A DNA stretch of 37,315 nucleotides from NCBI GenBank assembly GCA_034440375.1, contig JAWXBZ010000205.1, positions 1 through 37,315 on the forward strand, read 5' to 3'. The DNA is from Candidatus Eiseniibacteriota bacterium. Lineage in GTDB: Bacteria; Eisenbacteria; RBG-16-71-46; JABDJR01; JAWXBZ01. Below the pieces are notes generated by a model, which saw nothing but the letters and a program-made list of their open reading frames with translations, was not told where the DNA came from and did not search any database. Both the position numbers and the translations under genes were made by a program. The stretch's first letter is position 1. Each line of letters opens with the position of its first letter. Below are positions 27,313 to 35,489 of the stretch, piece by piece.

Positions 27313-28340
27313 GCCGACAGGGCCCGGCGCGCCAGCATCTCCCGCACCTGGCGTCCCGCCCGATAACTTGATCGCACCAGGGGGCCGGACTCGACATGCT
27401 GGATGCCGAGCGATTCGCCGAAAGCCTTGTGGCGGGCGAATTCGTCGGGGTGAACCCAGCGGTCCACCGGTAGGTGCTTCGGGGATGGCTGCAGGTACTG
27501 GCCAATCGTCACGATGGCAACGCCGGCCTGATGCAAATCGTGCAGCGCCTCGCGGAGTTCTTCCTCGGTTTCGCCGAGGCCGGCCATCAACCCTGATTTC
27601 GTGATGCCGAAGGCCGCTCCGGCATGACGCAGCGTCATGAGACTGGTGCCGTACGAGGCCTGCGGCCGCACCCCCTTCTGCAGCCGGCGCACCGTTTCGA
27701 TGTTGTGCGCGTAGACGTCGGGGGCGGCGGTCAGCACGACATCGACGGCCGTCGTGTCCCCCTGGAAATCGGGCACCAGCACTTCGATGGTGATGGCCGG
27801 ATTCGCCTGCCGCACCTCGCGGATCGTGGCCGCCCAGTGCGCCGCTCCTCCATCCGGCAGCTCGTCACGATTCACGCTGGTGATGACCACGTGGTCGAGC
27901 CCCATGATGCGGATGGCGTCGGCCACGCGCGCCGGCTCCCTCGGGTCGAGGGCACCCGGACGTCCGGTCAACACATCGCAGAAGCCGCAGGAGCGGGTGC
28001 AGGTGTAACCCATGATCATCAGGGTGACATGACGCTCGTTCCAGCACTCCCCGATGTTCGGACAGTTGGCGCTCTGGCAGACGGTGTTGAGTCCGTGCGA
28101 ACGGACCAGTTCCTTCATCTCGTTGAACGTGGCGCCGCCGGGGAGCTTGGCCTTGAGCCAGGGCGGACGGTGGCCGGGGATGTTGACGCCGGCGGTGGCT
28201 GTCGGCGCGCCGGGCGTTTCGGCGCCGTTCGCATCCGGGCGCCCGGCCGCACGCCCCCGGTCGTTCCACTTGTACTGATCGGCCTCGTCGGGCCGGATGA
28301 GACTCCGCCGAAGCGGAGCCTCATCGCGGTGATCGGACAT
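27285..28340 (-). CDS. lipA: Lipoyl synthase
   Basis: CQSANCPNIGEC and CTRSCGFC clusters, VVITSVNRDEL, GQYLQPS and GPLVRSSY; start MSDHRD at 28340. Confidence 0.96.
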   Translation of the reverse strand: MSDHRDEAPLRRSLIRPDEADQYKWNDRGRAAGRPDANGAETPGAPTATAGVNIPGHRPPWLKAKLPGGATFNEMKELVRSHGLNTVCQSANCPNIGECWNERHVTLMIMGYTCTRSCGFCDVLTGRPGALDPREPARVADAIRIMGLDHVVITSVNRDELPDGGAAHWAATIREVRQANPAITIEVLVPDFQGDTTAVDVVLTAAPDVYAHNIETVRRLQKGVRPQASYGTSLMTLRHAGAAFGITKSGLMAGLGETEEELREALHDLHQAGVAIVTIGQYLQPSPKHLPVDRWVHPDEFARHKAFGESLGIQHVESGPLVRSSYRAGRQVREMLARRALSAQPAISTNQ

Positions 28341-28366
28341 CGTTGAATTGCCTTTCGACTTCAAAT

Positions 28367-29863
28367 TCAGATGATCCCGGGGATCTGTCCCACCGGGCTG
28401 TAGTTTTCCATGTACCACTTCACGCGGCCCAGGAAGAGATGACTCAGCGCGCCGTCCACCACACGGTGGTCGTACGAAAGCGTCACGTAAATCATGTCGC
28501 GAATCGCGATCATGTTGTTGACGACGGCCACCCGCTTGTTGATCGTGCCCATTCCGAAGATGGCCACCTGTGGCTGGTTGATGATCGGTGTTCCCCACAG
28601 GCCGCCGAAGACGCCCGGATTGGTGATGGTAAACGTCCCGCCGGAAACATCATCCGGAACCAGTTTTTTTGACTTGGCGCGACGGCCAAGATCGTCGGCG
28701 CCACGGGCCATGCCGACGAAGTTCTTCTCCTCGGCATGCTTCAGCACCGGCACGATGAGGCCGCCGTCATCCATCGCCACGGCCATTCCCAGGTTGATGT
28801 GATGCTTGATGACCGTCGTTTCGCCATCCACGATGGCATTGACTCCCGGAAAGTCCTGGATGGCCTTAACCACGGCATGCAGGAAGAACGGGGTGTAGGT
28901 CAGCTTGACGCCTTGCGTCTTCTGGAAGATATCCTTGTACGCTTCGCGGAAAGCCACGATGGTGGTCACGTCGATCTCGGCGCACGAGGTCACGTGCGGG
29001 CTGGTCGACTTGCTCATCACCATGTGCGCGGCGATCTTCTTCCGCACGTTGTCCCATGGCAGGCGGGTTTCGGTGGCTCCCGAATCGCGCGACAGGCGGT
29101 AGTGGGCCGGCACGGGCGGCGGCGCGGCCGGACCACCCATGCCCGGCATGGGATTGAATTGCGGCATCGGCGCGAACTGGGGCATGAACGGCATCTGCGG
29201 CATTCCGGCCGGCATCATCGGCATGCCCGCCGGCATTCCGGGCGCCTGCGGCATGGCTACGCCGCCGGCCTTCCGCTGCTCGAGGTAGCCGAGAAGGTCG
29301 TCCTTGTTGACGCGCCCCCCCTGGCCGCTTCCCGTCAGATGATCCAGTTCGGCCAGTGCCACGCCCTCTTCGCGCGCGATACGCTTGACGAGGGGGGAGT
29401 AGAAGCGGGTGGATTCACCGTTGCCGCCATTGCCGCCACCGACGCTGGTGCTTCCGGTATCGTGCGCTCCAACCACCGCCGGTTCGGAGGGAGGCGCCGA
29501 CGTCTCGACCGGTGCCTTGGGAATCACCGAGTCCACCGCCACACCGGGCGCTGTGCCCGGCGCCTCGGCCTTGGCCGCCTCGGGAGCGGGCGCCGACTTT
29601 GTTGCGCCGGCGGCCGCCGTGGCGTCCGTTTCCAGGATGCCGAGCGGCAGGCCGATGCCGACCGTCGTCCCCTCGGGGGCCACGATCTCGACCAGGATGC
29701 CGGCGGAGGGTGAGGGGATTTCCGAGTCGACCTTGTCGGTCGTGATCTCGAGAATTGATTCGTCCTTGCCGACCTTGTCGCCCGGCTTCTTCAACCATTT
29801 CACCACCGTCCCCTCGGCGATCGACTCGCCAAGTTGCGGCATGATGATGTCAATGCGTGCCAT
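28367..29863 (-). CDS. 2-oxoacid dehydrogenase E2 dihydrolipoamide acyltransferase
   Basis: One lipoyl domain (EITTDKVDSE), E3-binding domain (FYSPLVKRIARE...GSGQGGRVNKDD) and catalytic DHRVVDG. Confidence 0.95.
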   Translation of the reverse strand: MARIDIIMPQLGESIAEGTVVKWLKKPGDKVGKDESILEITTDKVDSEIPSPSAGILVEIVAPEGTTVGIGLPLGILETDATAAAGATKSAPAPEAAKAEAPGTAPGVAVDSVIPKAPVETSAPPSEPAVVGAHDTGSTSVGGGNGGNGESTRFYSPLVKRIAREEGVALAELDHLTGSGQGGRVNKDDLLGYLEQRKAGGVAMPQAPGMPAGMPMMPAGMPQMPFMPQFAPMPQFNPMPGMGGPAAPPPVPAHYRLSRDSGATETRLPWDNVRKKIAAHMVMSKSTSPHVTSCAEIDVTTIVAFREAYKDIFQKTQGVKLTYTPFFLHAVVKAIQDFPGVNAIVDGETTVIKHHINLGMAVAMDDGGLIVPVLKHAEEKNFVGMARGADDLGRRAKSKKLVPDDVSGGTFTITNPGVFGGLWGTPIINQPQVAIFGMGTINKRVAVVNNMIAIRDMIYVTLSYDHRVVDGALSHLFLGRVKWYMENYSPVGQIPGII

Positions 29864-29902
29864 GTGCTGCTCCTTCCGGTTCAGTTGATCCTTGCTTCAA
29901 TA

Positions 29903-30877
29903 CTAAAACGCCGCGACCTCACGGACCGCCTGTGCGATCTTGTCGGCGTTGGGCATGAAAAAGTCCTCGAGCGGCGGGCTGTACGGCACGGGCGAGTCGA
30001 TCGAGGTGACGCGCTTCACCGGCGCATCGAGGTGCGTGAAGAGCTCCTCGACGATGAAAGCCATGACCTCGGCCGCGAAGCCGCAGGTACGGGTGGCCTC
30101 ATGCACCACCACAGCCCGATTCGTTTTCTTCACCGTGTCGGCGATCATTTCCTGGTCGTAGGGGAGCAGCGAGCGGAGGTCCATGACCTCCACATTGATC
30201 CCCTCGGCGGCCAGCTTCTCGGCCGCCTCCAGACTGGCATGGACCATGGAGCCATAGGTGATGATGGAGACATCCGCACCCGGCCTTTTGATGTCGCCAC
30301 GACCGATCGGGATCGAAAAATCTCCCTCGGGCACCTCTTCCTTGATTCGACGGTAGAGGTACTTGTGCTCGAAGTAGAGCACCGGGTTGTTGTCGCGGAT
30401 GGCCGACTTGATCAACCCCTTGGCGTCGTTTGGCGTGGAGGGAGCCACGACTTTCAGTCCCGGTGTGTGGCAGAACCAGGCTTCCGGGTTCTGGCTGTGA
30501 AAGGGGCCGCCGCGGACACCGCCGCCACTGGGCAGGCGCACCACCATGGGAACAGCGGCGCCCCAGCGGTAGTGCATCTTGGCCGCGTTGTTGATCAACT
30601 GGTTGAAGCCGCAGGCCACGAAGTCGGCGAACTGCATTTCGGCCACCGGACGCATCCCCATCATGGCCGAGCCGATGGCCACGCCAATGATGGCGCTTTC
30701 GGCCAGCGGCGTGTCGATGATCCGCTCGGGCCCGAACTCCTCGAGGAACCCCTTGGTCACCTTGAACGCGCCGCCGTACTGGCCGATATCCTCGCCCAGC
30801 ATGTATACGTTCTTGTCGCGCTGCATCTCCTCGCGCAGGCCGTCGGAGAGGGCTTCGATGTAGGTCTTGACTGCCAT
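29903..30877 (-). CDS. 2-oxoacid dehydrogenase E1 beta (probably branched-chain type)
   Basis: GEDIGQYGGAFKVT, DTPLAES, EMQFADF, GGPFHSQNPEAWF and YFEHKYLY. Confidence 0.94.
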   Translation of the reverse strand: MAVKTYIEALSDGLREEMQRDKNVYMLGEDIGQYGGAFKVTKGFLEEFGPERIIDTPLAESAIIGVAIGSAMMGMRPVAEMQFADFVACGFNQLINNAAKMHYRWGAAVPMVVRLPSGGGVRGGPFHSQNPEAWFCHTPGLKVVAPSTPNDAKGLIKSAIRDNNPVLYFEHKYLYRRIKEEVPEGDFSIPIGRGDIKRPGADVSIITYGSMVHASLEAAEKLAAEGINVEVMDLRSLLPYDQEMIADTVKKTNRAVVVHEATRTCGFAAEVMAFIVEELFTHLDAPVKRVTSIDSPVPYSPPLEDFFMPNADKIAQAVREVAAF

Positions 30878-32088
30878 TATGCGTAAACCCCTTCGGCCGC
30901 TTCGGGGCCAAGATTGGGCGACTGGGCAAAAGCCCAGTCGACAGCCTCTTCGATGGACGCCGACAATTCCGCAAGCAGTTCGTCGAGCGATCGCTGGTCC
31001 ATGTAACCCGCCGACATCAAAAATTCCTCATACCTCATGATCGGATCCCACCCCGCCCACGCCTCCGCCATCCCTTTCGGCACGTACGAGGCATCATCAT
31101 GCTCCGAGTGTCCGCGCATCCGCATCGTCACCGATTCGATCAGCGTCGGCCCGTCGCCGCGCCGCGCACGATCAACGGCCGTTTTCACCGTGGCCAGCAT
31201 CTGGAGCACATCGGTTCCGTCGACCGTGGTACCGGGCATGCCGTAACCGGCCGCACGATCGGAAATCCGCGCGCAGGCGAACTGCCGCCCCGTGGGTGTC
31301 GAGTAGGCAAACTGGTTGTTCTCGACGATCAGGATGAACGGTGCCTTCCAGACGCCGGCAAAGTTCAGCGACTCGTGAAAATCACCCAGGCTGGTGGCGC
31401 CATCACCGGTAAAGGTCAGGCCGACGGCGTTCTTTCCCTGCATCTTGAGACCCCAGGCGCAACCCAGCGTAACCGGAATCATGCAGCCGAGCGGGCTGAC
31501 GGTAGCCAGCGAAAACCGTTCCAGCGAGCCCAGGTGCAGCCCCGTGTCCTTGCCGAAATTCGGCGCATCCCGCTTCGCGAAGTACTGCATGAAAATCTCC
31601 CGAGCCGTCCAGCCGCGCACCAGGTGCGCGCCCAGGTCGCGATGAAGAATCGTAACGGGATCGGTCGGCAAAAGGCAGAAGAGCGCCGGCACGGCCGTCG
31701 CTTCATTGCCGCGCCCCAGGTACACGCCGCCCGAAATCTTCCCTTGCCGATACAGGTTGATCACCTTGTTCTCGATCTCGCGCGAGAGGCGCATGAAGCG
31801 ATGCACCGCCAGCAACTGCTCCTTCGTCCAGAGATCAGCCAGTGCGCGGGAGAGCGGCGGGGGCGGCTTGCCATCCGGCCAGGGTCCGATTACCTCGCCG
31901 GCATCGTCACGAATCAGAGTCACCCCGCCGGGCAAGATCTCCCGTTTCGGCGGCTCGATCACCGGGTAGGGGAGCGGGGTTCCGTAGGTCGCCGGGCGTT
32001 CCGGCGTCGTGACACGCGGAGCGTCATTCCGGCCCGCCGGCGCTTTCGTCGCGGTTCCTCCGCGTCCGTTTTTTTTCTTTTCGGTCAA
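30877..32088 (-). CDS. 2-oxoacid dehydrogenase E1 alpha (ThDP-dependent)
   Basis: GDGATSLGDFHESLNFA...ENNQFAYSTP ThDP motif and RMRGHSEHD; TTG start with AAGGAG RBS. Confidence 0.94.
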   Translation of the reverse strand: MTEKKKNGRGGTATKAPAGRNDAPRVTTPERPATYGTPLPYPVIEPPKREILPGGVTLIRDDAGEVIGPWPDGKPPPPLSRALADLWTKEQLLAVHRFMRLSREIENKVINLYRQGKISGGVYLGRGNEATAVPALFCLLPTDPVTILHRDLGAHLVRGWTAREIFMQYFAKRDAPNFGKDTGLHLGSLERFSLATVSPLGCMIPVTLGCAWGLKMQGKNAVGLTFTGDGATSLGDFHESLNFAGVWKAPFILIVENNQFAYSTPTGRQFACARISDRAAGYGMPGTTVDGTDVLQMLATVKTAVDRARRGDGPTLIESVTMRMRGHSEHDDASYVPKGMAEAWAGWDPIMRYEEFLMSAGYMDQRSLDELLAELSASIEEAVDWAFAQSPNLGPEAAEGVYA

Positions 32089-32102
32089 GACCGCTCCTTT
32101 AG

Positions 32103-32336
32103 CTACTTGGCAGTTGCCAGTTTCTGTCTCAGCGCCGGAGGCAGTTCCAGGAGCGCAAATCGTCGGCTCGAATAGAGGTAATCCTCCCCTGACTCGTCGA
32201 CAACCCGCAACATTCCGTGGCTTTCCGCATCCGAGTCGGGAAGCACTTTGTAGACCTTGCGGGCCACCAGCGATGCCCGATATCGACGACTATCGAGGCA
32301 AAGGGCAAACTGGGTACTGCGTCCTGATTGTCTCAT
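32103..32336 (-). CDS. Small conserved protein (RVVDESGEDYLY motif), putative immunity/antitoxin
   Basis: FALCL...YRASLVARKVYKVLPD...MLRVVDESGEDYLY..F; GGAGG RBS; ATG overlaps the TGA of the upstream frameshifted gene. Confidence 0.75.
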   Translation of the reverse strand: MRQSGRSTQFALCLDSRRYRASLVARKVYKVLPDSDAESHGMLRVVDESGEDYLYSSRRFALLELPPALRQKLATAK

Positions 32337-32574
32337 TGCCCCTCCCGCACGAATCGCTTGATCTTGAGTTCCTTGATGCCCTTACCGTGGCATTCATACC
32401 AGTGAAGCTCCGCCCAGCGCAGTGTCCCATTTTCGAGGCGAACCAGTGCCAGTCCTTTGCGCTTTCGCCATCGACCAGGCCCATACCGCTTGACCAGCAG
32501 CTAAGTTGACCGATGGCCCCACCGATCGCGATGGTTTCCATCTTTCTGATCAGTCCAACTAGCTCAAAATCCAC
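32333..32574 (-). pseudogene. Frameshifted small basic protein (AELHWYE motif), putative toxin
   Basis: MDFELVGLIRKMETIAIGGAIGQL, then one base is missing near 32501-32502, then LLVKRYGPGRWRKRKGLALVRLENGTLRWAELHWYECHGKGIKELKIKRFVREGQ*. Span is 242 nt, one base short of 81 codons. Confidence 0.8.
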
Positions 32575-32616
32575 CCTCCCTCAAACTTCCTGGACGGGGA
32601 AGGTTACTTCTCTACA

Positions 32617-33321
32617 TCAAACCGGCACCCACATGTCCGGCTCCCAGTTCAACCCAAACACCTCGGCAAACTCGGCGGCTGTTGCCTCCGCCACTTCCGG
32701 CAGGGTCACGGTCTGCCCGAGCAGTCGTTCCATCGACGTGACGCCGCGATCCTGAATCCCGCAGGGGATGATCCGGCCAAAGTGGGCCAGATCGGTCGAG
32801 ACATTCAGTGCAAAACCGTGGCTGGTCACCCAGCGGCTGACATGGACGCCCATCGCGGCCACCTTGTCCTGACCGACCCAGACACCCGAAAGCCCGGCCA
32901 CCCGATCCGCACGAATGCGGTAGCGCAAAAGGACACGAATCAGCACCTCTTCCAGGTCGCGCAGATAACGATGCACATCCCGGTAATGTTCATTCAGATC
33001 GACGATTGGATAGCCCACCAGCTGTCCCGGTCCGTGAAACGTGATATCGCCGCCACGATCGACCCGACGAACGGTACCACCCATCGCCTCGATCTCCTTT
33101 TCGGAAACCAGAAGATTGTTTTCGCCGCCGCTTCGCCCAATTGTATAAGTGACCGGGTGTTCCAGGAGGAGCAGCGTGTCGGGAACTACCCCAATTTGTC
33201 GTTCCTCGACCAATCGCTTCTGGATTTCCTGCCCGCGATCGTAATCCACCCGTCCAGCCCAGATTCGGCGGGCTCGTCGATTTCGGATAACTCGTTTATT
33301 TACAACAGCTTCAACGGACAC
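32617..33321 (-). CDS. lipB: Lipoyl(octanoyl) transferase
   Basis: LLLEHPVTYTIGR, DRGGDITFHGPGQLVGYP, KVAAMGV, HGFALNV and IIPCGI; GTG 33321 with GGAGG; TATAAT at 33353-33358 (minus). Confidence 0.95.
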   Translation of the reverse strand: MSVEAVVNKRVIRNRRARRIWAGRVDYDRGQEIQKRLVEERQIGVVPDTLLLLEHPVTYTIGRSGGENNLLVSEKEIEAMGGTVRRVDRGGDITFHGPGQLVGYPIVDLNEHYRDVHRYLRDLEEVLIRVLLRYRIRADRVAGLSGVWVGQDKVAAMGVHVSRWVTSHGFALNVSTDLAHFGRIIPCGIQDRGVTSMERLLGQTVTLPEVAEATAAEFAEVFGLNWEPDMWVPV

Positions 33322-33380
33322 ACGACCTCCGAAAGCGACGAAAAGCCCCCACATTATAGTGGATTGGGCCGGGGGATGGC

Positions 33381-33830
33381 TCAGGAGGGTTCGGAGGACT
33401 CGAGCCAGGCCAGATCGGCCAGATCTTTGGGGCGCCCGCTGGCCCGCTTGTTGCGCATGAGGTTGGAACGGCTGATCACCGGGACGACCAACGGTCCGAT
33501 GCTCGTGCTGGTTCGATCGGCCCACGCCTCCGAAAAGCCGACGCCATCGATAGACGTCATGATGTCGATGCGTCGAGGGGCCACGCCGATCTGAAAGATC
33601 AAGCCATCGACCGAAAGATCAGCTTCGGCAAGATCCTGAAGTGGGGCATTGAATCGAACCAGGGCGGACCAGATACGGCGGGCATTGTCCACTGTCGGAT
33701 TCACCCAGATGTCGATGTCACCGGTAGCACGGGGCAGTCCGTGGATGGCCAGAGCATAGGCTCCTACCACCATGAACTCAGCCCCGGCGGCGGATAACTC
33801 GGACAATATGTCGAGGTAGTCGGGATTCAT
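33381..33830 (-). CDS. Stand-alone Pol-beta-superfamily nucleotidyltransferase (AbiEii/DUF6036-like)
   Basis: FMVVGAYALAIHGLPRATGDIDIWV, RIDIMT and NKRASGRPKDLADL; start MNPDY at 33830. Confidence 0.85.
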   Translation of the reverse strand: MNPDYLDILSELSAAGAEFMVVGAYALAIHGLPRATGDIDIWVNPTVDNARRIWSALVRFNAPLQDLAEADLSVDGLIFQIGVAPRRIDIMTSIDGVGFSEAWADRTSTSIGPLVVPVISRSNLMRNKRASGRPKDLADLAWLESSEPS

Positions 33831-33972
33831 CAACTGGCTGCCCCATGAAGGCCCAAACATCGCAAGTCAGCGGCCAGACCATTGCGAGCCGCTGTTCGGG
33901 GGTCGTCGCTGGATCTGGTCCTTCCCCTTGACCATGACGAATGACCCGAGTCTGAAGGCTTGATCGCTCCAT
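33778..33972 (-). CDS. 64-aa partner protein of the nucleotidyltransferase (putative antitoxin)
   Basis: TTPEQRLAMVWPLT...W...SRLPRHIVRVIRR; overlaps the NTase start by 53 nt; TATAAT 6 nt upstream of its ATG. Confidence 0.7.
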   Translation of the reverse strand: MERSSLQTRVIRHGQGEGPDPATTPEQRLAMVWPLTCDVWAFMGQPVDESRLPRHIVRVIRRRG

Positions 33973-33978
33973 CGGTCA

Positions 33979-33984
33979 ATTATA
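33979..33984 (-). promoter_or_regulatory. Consensus -10 element (leaderless start of the 64-aa gene)
   Basis: Minus strand reads aaggTATAATtgaccgATG. Confidence 0.6.
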
Positions 33985-34019
33985 CCTTGTAGAGAGACTC
34001 GGATATCATCCAACCACCC

Positions 34020-35489
34020 ATGATAACCACGGATCTCCTGATCCTCGGCGGCGGCATCACCGGCACCGCCACCGCCTGCCTTGCGGCGCGACACGGGCTG
34101 TCCGTTGCCCTCATCGAACTGGCGGACCTGGCCAGCGGCGCCAGCGGTGCCACCAGCCACATGCTTCACGGCGGCCTGCGCTACCTCGAGCACGGCCGCT
34201 TGAATCTGGTGCGCGAAGCGCTCCACGAACGGCGCTTCTGGATTGACCGCGCGCCTGATTTTTCACGACCGGTGCGTTTCCTGCTCCCGTTACGAACCGG
34301 CGGGCGAGTCAGCCCGCTCCGACTCCGCGCCGGCCTCTGGCTGTACGACCGCCTGGCCGGTTCCCTGAACCTCGAGAAGGCGGCCGGACTTTCCGCCCGC
34401 GACATCGGTGAGATGGAACCATCGCTGGACGTGTCGATGTGCCGGGGCGGCGGTGCCTACTCGGACGGTGTCGTCGACGATGCCGGGCTCACGATCGCCC
34501 TGGCCCGTGAGGCCCGCGCGCACGGGGCCATCATCCGGACATGGAGCGAATCGACAGCGGCACGGCGTGATGGCAGCGGCCACTTCGAGATTTCCGTCCG
34601 TGACACTCTCGCTTCCAGTGACAACAAATCACCGGAGGTGATCCGCTCCCGGGTCGTCGTCAACGCCACCGGCTCGTGGACAGACGCCACCCGTGACTGG
34701 CTGCTTCGGCAATTCGGCGTTCATCAACAGGCGCCATCGCGCCTCCTGGCCCCGACGCGCGGCATCCACCTCGTTTATCCGTCATTGACCCGCGGGCACG
34801 GCATTCTCTTCTTCGCACGTGCCGACGGCCGCGTACTCTTCATCATTCCCTTCCAGGGACGAAGTCTGGTCGGCACCACCGAAACGGCCGTCGAATCGCC
34901 GCCACGTGACGAAGAGCGCCACCCGACGGTGGAGGAAATCGTCTACCTCCGTCGCGAATTGGCCCTCCTCATGCCGGCCACGGCCGATCAGCCGCCGATC
35001 GCCCTGTTCAGCGGGATACGCCCGCTCCTTGCCGCTGATGACCAGATCGGCCGCGCCTCGCGCGAGCATCGCATCCTGAGTGAGGATGGCGTCATCACGG
35101 TGACGGGCGGGAAATACACGACGGCTCGACTGATGGCGCGGGATGTGCTTACTGCCGTGGGAAGGCATCTCGGTGGGTCGGCACGACCCGCCGCCAATGA
35201 GGTCCCCTCGCAACTGGTTCGATGGGAAGATACCCTTAACCCGGATGGCCTGGCTGATACGGCGATTCACGATCTCTTTGCCAGGCGATTGGACGACGTC
35301 ATGCGTCGGCGGAGCGCTCTTTGGCTGTCCGACGATCGCGGTCTTGGCCGTACGGACGCACTGGCCACTGCCATGGGAGTACGACTCGGCTGGTCGCAGG
35401 CGCAACGCGAATTCGAATTGAATCACTATCGCCAGGCGGTCGTCGCGGAACAGGTGCTGATCGCCCGGACTGGAGAACTGATCTCATGA
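34020..35489 (+). CDS. glpD: FAD-dependent glycerol-3-phosphate dehydrogenase
   Basis: ILGGGITG, DLASGASGATSHMLHGGLRYLE, VVNATGSW, RGIHLV, GIRPL, SREH and GGKYTTARLMA. Confidence 0.92.
   Translation: MITTDLLILGGGITGTATACLAARHGLSVALIELADLASGASGATSHMLHGGLRYLEHGRLNLVREALHERRFWIDRAPDFSRPVRFLLPLRTGGRVSPLRLRAGLWLYDRLAGSLNLEKAAGLSARDIGEMEPSLDVSMCRGGGAYSDGVVDDAGLTIALAREARAHGAIIRTWSESTAARRDGSGHFEISVRDTLASSDNKSPEVIRSRVVVNATGSWTDATRDWLLRQFGVHQQAPSRLLAPTRGIHLVYPSLTRGHGILFFARADGRVLFIIPFQGRSLVGTTETAVESPPRDEERHPTVEEIVYLRRELALLMPATADQPPIALFSGIRPLLAADDQIGRASREHRILSEDGVITVTGGKYTTARLMARDVLTAVGRHLGGSARPAANEVPSQLVRWEDTLNPDGLADTAIHDLFARRLDDVMRRRSALWLSDDRGLGRTDALATAMGVRLGWSQAQREFELNHYRQAVVAEQVLIARTGELIS

Noticed and set aside
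32498-32506. Programmed frameshift at CTT-AG
   Set aside because: A -1 shift is needed, but there is no X-XXY-YYZ slippery heptamer; CUU-type sites promote +1 shifts. A simple deletion or sequencing error is more likely.
32290-32574. 94-aa ORF as given in the track
   Set aside because: Only the first ~24 codons look real; the rest is out-of-frame read-through past the frameshift.
32609-33995. 8-bp inverted pair TCTCTACA / TGTAGAGA flanking lipB and the NTase pair
   Set aside because: Too short, encloses a core gene, and no transposase or target duplication; compatible with chance.
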